Positions 24,348 through 37,899 of a stretch of 64,000 nucleotides of DNA are shown here, in pieces (within the stretch, counting starts at the first letter, position 1; the number at the start of each line of letters is the position of its first letter). A program made the position numbers and the translations under genes. The notes beneath the pieces were generated by a model. The model searched no databases and was not told where the DNA came from. It saw only the letters and a program-made list of their open reading frames with translations. Source of the stretch: Camelus dromedarius (Eukaryota); assembly GCF_036321535.1 (NCBI RefSeq), contig NC_087436.1, forward strand, positions 74,030,001-74,094,000, in the 5' to 3' direction.

Positions 24348-26088
24348 CTATTAGAAAATTGCTTAGATGTGGTATTAAAAGTCTATTCAATATTTCTTTT
24401 TAGAAATCTTCCAATTACAGGTTAAACAGTCTCTGCTTTAAAATAATGGACTCTTTAAAGCACTATTTTAAAATAAAGAAACGTCAAATCTAAATATTGC
24501 AATACTAGCTTATCTGATTGTTTCAGACCAGTCTGATTTAGTATTATTTAACTACATAGCATTAAATGGGATGAGTGGGAGGAACACTTCAAGTTTAATG
24601 ATACATTCTGCATTGTAAATGACAACTTTTCATACCAAATCTGAGTAGTTCCAGTAACTTGGGGTTTGGAAGAGCAAGATTCAATACTGACACTGGCAAC
24701 ATTTTTGAATGTGTGTGAGGCCAAGCACCCATTTCAGTTGCTGTCACGTGAATGAGGACAGTATTGTATGATGGGAGAGGGCAGTACAGACATGGCCACA
24801 GTGAACATGGAACCTAGAATAAACGTGGCAGCAGCAACTGAGGAGGGCCCAGAGGCATCTTGGCTAGTCTCTAATAGGTAGGTATGCGAAGTTTTGTCAA
24901 CCTCTAAAAACTAGTTGTCAATCTCAAGATTTTAATTTTGAGCTTAGTCTCTGACTTGCTGTATAATCTTGAAAATAGTTTTGATGGCTCATTTTCCTAT
25001 CAAAAAATGCCCTTTTAATTAAATATATTAAGTCTAAAAGGCAATCATCTGGGACTTATTTTAGTTCAAGAGAAAAAAAAACAATTTCTCAGAGAGATTT
25101 TTAACATAAATAATATAAAATTTGATGTTTGATGACTATCTAACAATAGGGGGATAAAAAAGAAAATGCCATGCTATAACGTAACCACAAACTAATAATG
25201 AGGTGACCAGCAGCACTGTTCTACTCCTGCAATAATCACTGCTCTAATAATGAAGTAACTTGTTACTCTAACTGTTTTTTAAATATTAAAGAATAACTTA
25301 GAAATATAAGAGATGAAGGAGGATACAAATGCAGAAAAAAGATAGTAAAAAAGAAAATGTATTAAAATCTATGATTAGATTCTGATTTTCTTTTCTTTTT
25401 TTTTTTAGGATCTAAAATATATTGGGTATAAAATTTCAAAAGACCAGAAACTGACTTAACAATGATGCAACAACTTGCCTAGTTTATTCCTTATCAAAGG
25501 GAATGATGCCATAGGGCACTAGGGCAGTGTGAGTCATATATGGTGAAAAACATTTCAAATTCAATTCAATATAGAAGTCCACTTATTTATCAGGCACTTA
25601 TTCAAAATCAAACATTTTTCCCATCCATCTTAGTGAATAACAAATGAACTTAAAATTTAAAAAATGAGAACATTTTGACAAATTTGTATGATAGATACTT
25701 GCACTTTCAAAGGCAAAGACTGAAGAGAGTCATAATTTCAGAGAATGTAAATAAGAAAAAAAGTCATTCTCAGCATTTAAAAAAGACCCAAAATCTTATT
25801 ATAAAATGGAGAAAAAAGTTCATTATTCATATCAGAGAAAGAAAAAGATAATATTTACCTATAACATCTATGTACATTTACTAAGGGATGTGTGTGTATG
25901 TGTGTATACAACAGCTATTCTATTTAAATAAGACCCACATAAGCACACACCCACCACACAACATCAATTAGAGCATACATATAAGAACACCGTGTAAAAC
26001 CTTATTAATTCCGATTATGGAAAACAACTGTTAATTCATCAGAGTAGGAAATTGATTAATCTCATCAATGATGTCAGATCATTCTTAC

Positions 26089-26247
26089 CTTTAACAGAAT
26101 CAGACGAATGGACAGGCTTGGTGGATCTATACTGTGATGTGGAACCTATAGAATCTTCAACTGAACTAGTTAGGAGTGAGTGAACTGGAGACTTCTTAGG
26201 AGAGGAATGGAATGAACGAGAAGCAGGATTTTTCACAGATGGACTTC
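26089..26247 (-). CDS. CCDC158: CCDC158 exon: (G)SPSVKNPASRSFHSSPKKSPVHSLLTSSVEDSIGSTSQYRSTKPVHSSDSVK
   Basis: cttttag|GA ... AAAG|gtaaga; 159 nt, phase 1-1. Confidence 0.93.
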
Positions 26248-26619
26248 CTAAAAGTTGACAAGAACAAAAGTAAAAGGACAAAATTAATTAAAAATAGTAT
26301 ACTGCACCTCTTGAAAAATCAAACTTTCATGAGAAAATGTTCCCAATGATGGGGGTGGGGGTGGGTGTTCTAGTAAATACCCAAGGCTTCGAGTTGGAAC
26401 TGAAAAGGGCTATGTTTTATGAATAAGGAACAAGATCTGCCCTTAGGGATCCTGAGGTCTATCTTCAAATTATCTTCATTCCTGATTGCATTAAATTGAT
26501 CTGGGATTGCTGGTGTCCTTGGTTGTGTACCAGAAGCAAGCATGAATGCTGTCTGGAGGAAGGTGACCTTATTCTAAGTCGCAAACCATCTGTACAATTT
26601 TTCACACATCTGTCATACA

Positions 26620-27370
26620 ACAACCAGGCATATGAGGAGACAAAAATAACATGGCAGAAAAAACCAAGAGAAAAAATACAGGTAATAGATATAGACCCAC
26701 AAGATCTGGATAATGGAGGCACAGCCTACCACAGACTCAAAAGCATTACTCTAAACCCCAAACCAGTTCTTCTTACATAAAGAAAACCACACCTAGACAC
26801 ATCAACAAAAACTGCAGTAAATAAATGAAACTCAAAGACAAAAACAATCTTATAGCTGCCAGAAAGGCAAAAAGGACAGATTACATGTAAATGAGTAACA
26901 ATTAATTTTAGAGCTGACTTGTTAGTAGAGACAATGGAAGCAAAAAAAACAATGATACATTTTCAAAGTGAAGGAAAAATGTTAATCTAGAATTCTATGC
27001 TTAGCAAAAATATTCCTCAAAAATGGGGATAAAATAAAGACAAGTTCAGAAAAACAAAAACTAGGAGAACACACTAAAGGCATAAGTAAAATGTTACCAG
27101 AGAGAAGGTAAAGTGTGAAGAGGTGGGTGTATCTAAATGGATATCAACTGTACAACACAATGCAAATGATCCACTGTGATATTTACATTTATGATTAAAA
27201 TGTGACAACAACTGTATGTAAGTTGGAAGGAAAGTGAATGGAGTTAACACGTTCCAAGGCACTCACAATGTATGAGGAAAGGTAAAGGGACTCATTTATA
27301 TGACTCTAACAAAGCAAGGATATATGTTGTATTCTCTTGGGTAATCATTAAAATAACATGTAAGTGAAGT
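26620..27370 (+). mobile_element. Old L1 (L1M-type) ORF1-region remnant
   Basis: acacctagacacatc...ctcaaagacaaaaacaatctt...agctgactt...acaatggaagc...tctagaattctatgc...gcaaaaatattcctcaaaaatg. Confidence 0.6.
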
Positions 27371-28069
27371 AAAACCTGAAGGAATTGTTTGACTTCAAAT
27401 AAATGCTTTTTTTTCTTCACAAAATATTAGTTCTTAAAAGATTTCTCGTAAGTTAAAGGTTATCTAAAAATTAAGAATTTGCATTTATTTTATGAATGTC
27501 ATGTTTTGATTTTATATACTAATACTCTTCTACAAAAGACAAGAAAATTTGGAAATTTCTCTTCTATCTCTTTCACCTCACAACTGGATTTTCCCTAATT
27601 ATGTTATTACTGTCCAAATTTATAGCTAAACTTTTGTTGAATAACCATCATTCTCACAGTTTCATTCTTTCCTATTATTTCATTCTCTTCCATAGGAAGG
27701 CTTGATTGCTTGCCTGCTGGTTTGCCTTTGCTCTCCAAATCTAACAGATCCTCTCTATTGTTATCTTTCATCTTTCTTAGTTTTAAAAATTCCTTTTCTA
27801 TATTATCTCTAGGGCCCATCATGTTCTTGAGTATGATTTCAGTCATGTCTATCCTATTTTTTAAAATTTTTCTAAGGCTTTTCCTGTAATTTTTTATTTT
27901 TCCTTCTGCATTTCTAGTCTGAGTTATCCCATTTGGCTTTTCCACAAATTCTGTTATCTTTCAATCCCCTCCTTGACCTTCTCATTTTATAGAGCATTTT
28001 GCCTACTTATAGTCCTTGGAAAGTATATGGAGAACCATCTGTCTCATTTCTTTTTCTTTTCTTTCCATC

Positions 28070-28580
28070 CATTCAATAAGTATTTAATGAGCACCTGCTA
28101 CATGCCAGGAAGGTTCTAGGTCCTGGGATATATCAGTGAGCCAAACAATTAAAGACACCTGCCCTTGTGCAGCTTTTGTCTAGCAGGAGGTGACACACAA
28201 TGAACAACATAAATTAGTAAGTTACACAGTAGAAAAAATGCTAAGTGTAATTGAAAAAAAGAAAAAGATAAGGGGGACTGGAATTGTGGGAGGGTTACAA
28301 TTTTTACATAAGTTGGTGAGAGTTAAGTCTTACAGGGTAAGTGACATCTGAGCAAAGACTTTAAAGGAGGTGGTGGGATTAGCAAAGTGGAGGGAACAGT
28401 GGGTATAAGGGCCCTATTATAGAAGCTGCCCAGCATGTTGGAGGAACACTTCAAAGGAGGACAAAGCAAAGTGAATGCATGGGGAGTAGCAGGAAGTGAG
28501 ACCAGAGAGTTACAGGACTTACAGGCCACTGTCATGACTGGCTTTTACTCTCATGGAAACGAGGAGCCACTACAGGGTTT
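28070..28580. mobile_element. L2 LINE remnant
   Basis: cattcaataagtatttaatgagcacctgctacatgccagg...ggtcctgggatatatcagtgagccaaaca. Confidence 0.75.
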
Positions 28581-28619
28581 TCAGAAGGTCTCATTTCTGT
28601 GCTTTCATTGAAAACTCAC

Positions 28620-28687
28620 CTGCAGATGGGAATGTGAAGCAACCAGGTGGGTCTTCCAAGTCTCCTGTGTGTAATGTGACTGGCTCT
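28620..28687 (-). CDS. CCDC158: CCDC158 exon: (R)EPVTLHTGDLEDPPGCFTFPSA
   Basis: cttccag|A ... GCAG|gtgagt; 68 nt, phase 2-1. Confidence 0.92.
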
Positions 28688-29006
28688 CTGGAAGCATAAG
28701 AATGGTCATGCAAACATTCCATTTCAAAACACAGTGCTAAATTTATGGACAGAAACAAGATAATGAAGGCAAAAGTGATGGCTGAGAACATAAACCCAAG
28801 ATGGCAGTTATAACCCTAAACTGCAGAAGTCCTAAAATACCCTATGAAGGAGATCCAAAATTTCATCATCCTTAAGTATTCAGTGCCCACAAACATTTTG
28901 CAAAATGAAAATATAATAATATGTAATCTTGGTTAGAAAATACATGTTTGCATAATAATAGCTATAAAACCCAAAATTTCTCTCATGGATTCTAAGAGAG
29001 GTAACC

Positions 29007-29437
29007 TTTTTTTTTTTTAATTGAAGTATAGTTGATTCACAATATTGTGTTAGTTTCTGGAGTACAGCAAAGTGATTCAGTTATACATATATACACATGC
29101 ATATATATATATTCTTCATATTTTTTTCCATTATGGTTTGTTACAGGATATTGAATATAGTTCCCTGTGCTATAAAGTAAGACCTTGTTGTTTACCTATT
29201 TTGTATATAATAGTTTGTATCTGCTAATCCCAAACTCCTAATTTATCCCTCTGCAACCCCCTTTCCCGTATGGTAACCATAAATTTGTTTTCTCTATCTG
29301 TAAGTGATATTATATTATATTTGTCTTTGTCTGCCTTACTTCACTTAGTATGATCATCTCTAGGTCCATCCATGTTGCTGCACTATTTCATTCTTTTCTA
29401 TGGCTGAGTAGTATTATATACGTAATATTTATATATA

Positions 29438-29476
<39 letters not shown>

Positions 29477-30783
29477 ACTATAATTTCTTTATCCATTCAT
29501 CTGTCAATAGACATTTAGGTTGCTTCCAAATCTTGGCTATTGTAAATAGTGCTGCTTTGGACACTGAGGTGCATGTATCTTTTTAAATTAGTTTTCTCTA
29601 GATACATACCCAGGAGTGGGATTACCGGATCATTGGATAACTATATTTTTAGGTTTTTAAGGAACCTCCATACTGTTCTCCATAGTGGCTGCACCAAATT
29701 ACATTCCCACCAACAATGTAGGAGGGTTCCCTTTTCTCCACACCCTCATCTGCATTTGTTATTTGTAGACTTAATAATGATGGCCATTCTGATTAGTGTG
29801 AGGTGATACTTCATTGCAGTTTTGATTTGCATTTCTCTAATAATTAGCAATGCTGAGCATCCTTTCATGTGCCTACTGACCATCTGTATGTCTTCTTTGG
29901 AGAAATGTCTGTTTAGGTCTTCTGCCCATTTTTTGGTTGGGTTGTTTGTTTATATGTTAATGAGTTCTATGAGCCATTTACATATTCCGGAAATTAAGCC
30001 CTTGTTAGTCGCACTGTTTGCAAATATTGTCTCCCAGTCCATAGGTTGTCTTTTTGTTTATGGTTTCCTTTGTTGTGCAAAAGCTTGTAAGTTTAATTAG
30101 GTCCCATCTGTTTATTTTTGCTTTTATTTCTATTGCCTGGGTAGACTGCCCTAGGAGAACACTGCTAAGATTTATGTCAGAGAATGTTTTGCCTATGTTC
30201 TCTTCTAGGACTTTTATGGTGTCCTGTCTTATATTCAAATTTTTAAGCCATTTGGAATTTATTTTTGTGTATGGTATGAGGGAGTGTTCTAACTCATTGA
30301 TTTACATGCAGCTGTCCAGCTTTTCCAATACCACTTGCTGAAGAGACTGTCTTTTCTCCATTGTATATTCTTGCCTCCTTTGTCAAAGATTAACTGACTA
30401 TAGATGTGTGGGTTCATTTCTGGTCTCTCTATTTTGTTCCATCGATCCATATGTTTGTTTTCCCCCCAATACCATGATGTTTTGATTACTGTAGCACTGT
30501 AGTATTGTCTGAAGTCTGGGAGGTTATGCCTCCAGCTTTGCTCTTTTTCTTCAGGATTGCTTTGGCAATTCTGGGTCTTTTGTGATTCCATATAAACTTC
30601 AGGATTATTTTTCCCAGTTCTGTGAAAAATGTCCTGGGTAATTTGATAGGGATCACGTTAAATCTGTTGATTGCTTTGGGTAGTATGGCCATTTTAACAA
30701 TATTAATTCTTCCATTCTAAGAGCATGGGATAGCTTTCCATTTCTCTGAATCATCTTCAATTTCCTTTATTGATGTTTTATAG
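29007..30783 (-). mobile_element. 5'-truncated LINE-1, same family as 1-1380, with an internal (TA)n at about 29445-29473
   Basis: Poly(T) at the left end; ORF2 fragments [19 protein letters not shown]...[15 protein letters not shown] and [24 protein letters not shown]; degenerate TSD TAAGAGAGGTAACCT / TAAGAGATGCAATCCT. Confidence 0.93.
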
Positions 30784-30956
30784 TAAGAGATGCAATCCTA
30801 ATGACTCATTTAAAAATGAAAAAAACAAAGAAAAAGAACCTTTCTTAGCAATAATAAGTATTGCTTTACAAAACTGTCAGGCCCATTGAAATCAGTAAGT
30901 TGAAATAAACCACAGAGCTCTCTGTGGGTTGGGGTACTAGTATGAAAATATTATGA

Positions 30957-31460
30957 CAGCAGTTCTCAAAGTGGTACCCTTTCAAAGAGGGTTTGTGAGG
31001 TCAACACTATTTTTATTATAATACTAAGATATTATTTTCTTCTTAACTCTCAGTCTCTCACAAGTGTACACTGGAGTTTCTCAAAGGCTCCATAATATCT
31101 GATATCACAACAGACTAATGCAGAGGCGGATATGAGAATCCAGCTATCTTTTATTAAGCCACGCATTATATTGAAAAACAATTAAAGAAGAAAACAATGT
31201 CTTCTCAGTGATTTTTCATCTGAAAAGTAGTTATTTTTCATATTTTTCATAGTTATTTTTCATGTTATTATTGTAACATGTAATATACTGTTATTTTTAA
31301 GTGAATAAATATCAAAATGTTTTACTTTTTTTTTTAATGCTTAAAATTAATTTTCCAATACTACAAATAAAAATGACCTATATTGAAAAAAGCTCTTTGG
31401 AATCCTCAGTGATATTTTTGGGTGAAAATGGGTCCTGAGACCAAAAAGTCTGAGACTATT
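30957..31460. mobile_element. Charlie4-like hAT DNA transposon
   Basis: Ends agttctcaaagtg ... gggtcctgagaccaaaaagtctgagac; internal gatatgagaatccagct. Confidence 0.7.
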
Positions 31461-31717
31461 AGGAGAAAAGCCTTGGAAAGGAAGGTCATGCTATATTGGG
31501 CGAGGAGTTTGTTCTTGCTACAGTAGGCAACAGGGAGCCTTTGAAGGTTTAGGGGCGGGGAACATAGTCTGATATGTGCCTTAGGCAGATCAATTTGAAA
31601 CTGATGCATGAAAGCAATTGGAACTTGCAAGAGATTGGGGATTTAAAATATCCACACTAAACACTATAGAGGCCACCACAGTGGACCATGAGGATGTCTC
31701 AAAGGCCTATAAAGCAG

Positions 31718-32160
31718 TGTGATAGGATGAATAATGTCTGTCAAACATATCTGCGTCCAAATGCCAGGAACCTATGAATGTTACCTTAAATGGCACTAGA
31801 AATGTTGCAGATCTGATTAAATCAGGGATCTTGCAATAAGGAGATTACCCTGGGTTGTCTGGAGATATACCTGCATTTCTTAAATGCCATCATATAAAGA
31901 GATTTGTGTATCTCTTTATAAGAGGAAGGCAGGGCGAGATTTTACACAGAGCAGAGAATGTGACGTGACAATTTCAGCAGAAAGATTTGAGGTTGCTATG
32001 TCATGGGCTGTGAAGATGGAGGAAGTAGCCACAAGCCAAAGAGCAGAAAGAATGAAGCTCTAGAAGCCTAGAAGCTCTAGAAGAAAAAGGTAAGGAAATG
32101 GATTAATCCCAAGGGCTTCTGGAGGCAGTATAGCCTTTGCCAACATCTTGATTGGGCTCT
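31718..32160 (+). mobile_element. MLT1 (MaLR) LTR
   Basis: tgtgataggatgaataatg...ggaacctatgaatgttacctta...ggagattaccctgg...gaagatggaggaag...gccacaagccaa. Confidence 0.7.
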
Positions 32161-33004
32161 TTTTCAGGTAGCTCAGTCCAGGTACACAGAGGCAGAGCAC
32201 AGGAGTGGTTACAAGCCTGAGCTCAGGAACCAGCTAGACCTGAGTTCAAATCTGGCTCCACTGTTTACAAGCTGTATAACCTTAGCAAATAGCTTGGCAA
32301 TCTGAGTCTTCATCTCTATCCTATAACAGGGATAATAGTGCCTACATCATAGATTCAATTAGACAGACTAAATGAGATTAGACTAAAACACCCAGATAAT
32401 AGTAAAAATAAAAACAGCAGTAGATAGCTGCAGATATTATTAACAGGAAAAATGTAGTGTTATACACCCAAGTGAGAAGAAAATCAAAACTTGTTTCTTT
32501 TAGGCAAAGAGAAAGTAGTATTTAGAAAGATTCAAGTTCACTGAATATTGATCAAACAGCAGGGAGAGTAAGACAATATTTATAATCTGTCTTAATTCAT
32601 ACACTAAACAAATATTTACTGAACAGCTATTATGTGACAGGGGATATGCTCGGTACTGAAGATACAGGAATGAAGAAGTCTTTGCCTAACTGGAATTTAA
32701 ACAGTAGAATTCATTTTCATATTCTTATGATATTAAGAGGGCTGTGATATCTCTATTATTTATAGGTGGTAAAAATAGAAAAGATAAAAGTAAATCTTTT
32801 TCCAGGCAGTCAATCAGTGAATAGACTCTACGACTGTAAGCAACTTGAGGACAGGGCCCATGTTTGTCTTGCTCACTGTTACGTTCTAAGGGCCTAGCAC
32901 AGTGTACTGTACATCAAGGGCAACTAACAATGTTCTGAATTAAAGAACGAACAGTAGCAAAGGGGATGTTTTAAAAGTTTGGGGCTGGTCAGATCATTTC
33001 TTAC

Positions 33005-33064
33005 CTGCTAAGAGTTTCACTTGATTTGCTGCCTTCAGTGGATTCCCTTAATGAGTTGTTGCTT
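33005..33064 (-). CDS. CCDC158: CCDC158 exon: SNNSLRESTEGSKSSETLS(R)
   Basis: ccaacag|A ... GCAG|gtaaga; 60 nt, phase 2-2. Confidence 0.92.
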
Positions 33065-35281
33065 CTGTTGGCAGAGGGTGGGAGAAGTTAAAGACTACGT
33101 GATGTTATTTTAACTCAGTGATAAAACAAAACTATTCTTCTGACTATTGATTTTAGACAAATGCAGATTCAAAAGAGTGAGATTGGGGCACTGGCTCTTC
33201 CAGGTGGAGGAAACAGTATGGAGAAAAGCTTGAAGACAGAAGGAAAGGAACTTCTGGGGAATCAGGGGTAGTTTGTTTTGATTAGAGCACAATGCAGGAG
33301 GAAAGCAGGGTGGTGACAAGTTAGGGAGATTCTTCAGTGCAGCCTGGGAACCTTGTATTGAATGCAGCAGACAGTGAGGAGCTACTGAAGATCTGTAAGC
33401 AGTGGCTTCTGTGTCTGACATGAGAAACAAATTAATATCAACTTTTTTCCTTTTTTGCTAAAGTCAGTTCTCAGAAGTTGCTTTGTTTATGGGCTATAGA
33501 TTTCATTTCTTTATGCTCATTTTATGATTTTATTTAAAACTTCAGCTATTCAATTATTAATAAAAATAGGATTATTTTCAGTGAGGTTCTTACATGCTAT
33601 ATTGAGGTTGTTATAACTTCCTACAGGACCACCTTCCTCTCAAAAGTTATATAAGCTACTGTAAATATATGTAAATGTAAAAAAAAAGTCTTCCATTTTT
33701 GGAATGGCATACTATATAAATATCTTCATATGGGTAATGAAGGTAATGTCAAAGGACAATTTCCAGATTCCACGTATTTTTAGAATAATCAATTGCTCAC
33801 ATGTATTTAACTCTTCTTTAACTCACAACAGTAGATTTTAGGCCCCCAAGCAAATTTTGCAAAGGGCTATGGGTTACTCCTGGAGTTCATCAACTTAGAA
33901 ATGCTTTTGTTCCTGAACTCTTAAATGCTTTAGGCTGAATTTTGACTTTGGTCAGAAGGTCACTTGTAAGATGACAATGAATTAACATAAATTCTCCAAA
34001 GCTAGGGACCAAATATATTCATCTTCAATACAGTCCAATATAGTCAAGCCCATCATTAGTGGTTGAAGTGATGGAAATTTGATCAAGGAAGTCACGGTAA
34101 TCTGGAATGATTAGAGCTGGAGCCGAAGACTCTAATGTCTACTTCTGGCTTTGCCTCTTTGCCTCATAGGAGGAGGTGACTCAATCTATGTCTAAATTTA
34201 ATCATCTGTCAAATGAGCTTAATAATACTGTCCTGGCTTAGAAGGTATATATAGAGTTATGACAAAAATGAAAGTGCTCTGTACATATAAGTATTCTTGG
34301 ATGCAGTGACAATGGAATGTTCCTGACATGTGATTCAGAGACTGAAATGTTATGCTAGGAAACTGTTACTAATATTTTACTACTATTAATAATATTATTA
34401 ATAAAAATAGATAAATCAAGCTAATATTTTTCTACCTCAGATTAATAAACACTAATTGAACATCTTAAGAAACTGGACATTGTTTATCTATAAGTATTAT
34501 GAGAGAAAGTATTATTTTGAGATATTTGTCGTATAACTAGAAAATAAATATTACAACAATGGGTTGTTGTAATACTAACAATTGCATACAACTAGCATTA
34601 TAATGCTAAGAATATAGTATACACCATATTAAAATGCTCTAAGTTAATCTAATAACAGCACATAATAAACATTTAAAACACTATTTGAAAAGAACATGAG
34701 AATCTCACTGATTTTGCAGGTATGTACAGGGAGTGGCTGGTGGACTTGTTGAATCATTTTTGGATTTGACCTTTTATTAACTTAATATAAGTCACTGGCA
34801 TGAATGCCTATAGAACCAGGACTCTCTTATTAGCTTATACCTGGAGAGTTACGTAGTTCTCAGGGTTCTAGTTTTAGCTCTACCATATGTGGCTTCAGGT
34901 AAGTCCTTTTGGAACTTGTGTTTTTCTCAGTTTTAAAGTGGGATAGGTAAATAAATCCTGCTCTGTCTTGTCCCAAACAGTTGTGATAATCGAATAAGAT
35001 TACGGATGTGAAATCTGTTGGGAACCATAAATTACTCCATGACTAACTTTGGGTAACACTTCGCCCTAACTTCTGAATAGAACAACTATTATTTTCTCTT
35101 GATGTCAAGTTGTTTTACTTTTGCTTAACTTCTCTACTTTCATACTGTTTTCCCCAGTGGCATCAGAGAGCCCTCCAAGTTACTGAAACCTCAGCCTCCC
35201 AGAGGTTGTCTCACGCAGACGACACAGCGGCAAACCACGGGTGAGAGAAGCCTTCCCCCTCTGAATTACACTCAGTCTTAC

Positions 35282-35442
35282 ACAGCCACATAGGAGACCC
35301 CCAGGGACGGCGTTCTCCCATCTTCCTCGGTCTTGCCCAGAGGCACGGCTGGCTCCTCGTTGATCACACTTCTCAATTCTTGGAGAAGCTGTTTCAAGTC
35401 CCTTGTTGGATCTTCCTTCATTGTGTTGTGTTTCATAGAGTG
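35282..35442 (-). CDS. CCDC158: CCDC158 exon: HSMKHNTMKEDPTRDLKQLLQELRSVINEEPAVPLGKTEEDGRTPSLGVSYVA(V)
   Basis: aattcag|CAC ... GCTGT|gtaaga; 161 nt, phase 0-2. Confidence 0.9.
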
Positions 35443-37899
35443 CTGAATTAAAACAATTTACAAAAAAAGGACACTTTGTTTTTTCATATTCAAATGCCAT
35501 TTCATATTATAAAATTAATTTATAGAGGAAAAACAAGAGGAAATACAAAACCACCTATAATTCTTACTACTCAGAGATGATCAATAATAACCAATAAATA
35601 CAGTGCTATATCTAATTTATAAATGTTTGCATACTTATATGTAAGCATATTTATAGAGTATGCAAACACAGGATCAAACTATACACAACTATTTTTAAAT
35701 GTTAGTTTATTTTTTCACTTTAACAATGAGGTATGGACATCTTACCATGCTGTTAAATATTAACAACTACATTCAGGCCAAATAATTTCAATATTTCGCT
35801 TAGGGCTGAACTAATTTTATAAAAGTACAAAACTTTAGAAGTAAGGAACTCTCTAGAGATGAGTTAATCTACCCCCACATTTTACTGATTAGGAAAGAGA
35901 CAACCAATATTTTCAAACTGTGTTAGCTGGTATTTGAGAACAGTATTAAAATTGTATATTTTTCAATTTTCAGATATATAATATTCCTTAATGAATATTT
36001 ATAATGTAATAACATGTATCGAGGGGAATCAAATGATAGTCAGAAGTTGTCCTGTTGAGCAGGTGGACTTCAAGGATGTTCATGGCTAGAGAGGCATCAA
36101 GCATCATCAAGCAGTCTTAGGCAGAAGTATCTGTCCCAATGTAGAGTTGTACCTGCTACACAGATTGGTTGCTGAGGGATGAACACTGCAAGATTTCTGT
36201 TTTTGGGCTTTCCTTTTAGAGAGCCCATGCCAACCAAGTGTTGATATTACTGGTATAACTTTCACATTCCCCTCCTCTTCCTACTCCCACTGATAAGCCA
36301 CATGAAATATCCAGCTAAAGATGTCAAGAGTTTTACCTAATTGAATGTGTGGCAAGTAAGGTCTTTCCAGTTTACTGATGGAAATTACCATGATGAGTTC
36401 AGAGTTTCATAAATTAAACTCCATTAACTTATTAAGTTTGACTTCATTAATTTAAAATATATGAAGATGTGAACCGTTTTTTTAAATAGACTTTAATTTT
36501 TAGAGCAGTCTTAGGTTCACAGCAAAAATGAGTATAAGGTACAGAGATTTCCCATATACCTGCTAATTCCACACATGCTGAACCAGTTTCTTAATCATGA
36601 ATAAGACACTTGTCTCTAAGCAGATCCAATTTCACCAAACACTGGCTTTGTTCTTGCCCTGGCCCTGGTGGACATAATACCTGTTGTGGAATAAAACTTC
36701 AATAACCTTATCCTACTGCAATATTCAGTCACTTTAGTTCTAACCTTGAAATCTCAATATAACACCTAGACCTTCGTATCTTCTGCCCGTTAGAAAGTTT
36801 ACTTAATAAGCTTTGTCAATTATTAAAAATTTTAATCCCTTGATATTTATTAAAAATTATCAATATAATAACCTACAAACATACAAATATGCTCCTTCTC
36901 ACCCTCAGGATCATGACACTCAGGTTCTTTGAGAGTAACTGGTGCTTTGCAAGACAAAAAAGGTTGAAAAGCATTCAGCTCTAACATTTACTTAGCAATT
37001 AGTCATATTCTCTTATTGTGATTTCACCCTAATACTCTTTAAAACTTTTAAAATTTGTGTTGCTCCTCCAATTAAAATGTAAGTTTCATAGAATCAAAGA
37101 CTGGTTTGATCATCACTGTATTCATATACTGCATTTCAAATAGCCCATACTTTGCCTGTGTATGAAATCACAGAAGTATCAAGTTGGAGGGATCTTGAAG
37201 ATCAGTGAAGCTCTAGTCCAATCTCCAGTCAGAAGTGATGATGAATTTTCTCCATGGCCCTCCCCCCCAGTAATATATTATCTTGCTTTTGCTTGATCGC
37301 CAAAAACCAAGGTAGGCAGTTTAATTTTTATATAGCTTAATCCTTTGCAAGAAAGCCTTAAACTGAGTCTCCTCCACACAACTTCCATCCCTGGTCATAG
37401 TATTATCCTCTAAGGTCATGAGGGAACAAGTCTAACATGATAACTTTTTAGAAACTTACTTATCATTCCAACATCCCCTCCCCCATCTACACTTTCTAAC
37501 ACACACCCTAAGCTAGATCTCAATTCTTCTATTCTTTAAATGGCATGAGTTCATGATTTCTCACCACTTTGTGCTTCTTTTCAATAGACTCTGGTTAATC
37601 AGTGGTTCTCTTAAATGCTCATGCCCAAAAATGAAACAGAGAATTTAGGGAGAGTCTGACCAGAGCAGAAGAGAGAACTGGCTCCTTTCTTGACAGTTGT
37701 ATTATTTCCATTTTCCACTATTATAAATAATGCATCAAATGAATATCTTCATGCACTTACCTTTATACCTATCTCTAATTATTTTATCAAGATCAAATTC
37801 TAGAGATGATATTACTGAATCAGAGCATTTTAGGACATCTGGTAGCTATTTTCTAGAAAAGTCATAACTAACTGATAATCATCAACTCTCCTTAGATCC

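Noticed and set aside
27607..27945. 112-aa Lys/Glu-rich minus-strand ORF as an extra CCDC158 exon
   Set aside because: Not needed for the frame, no resemblance to recalled CCDC158, and it looks like a decayed L1 ORF1 coiled-coil remnant
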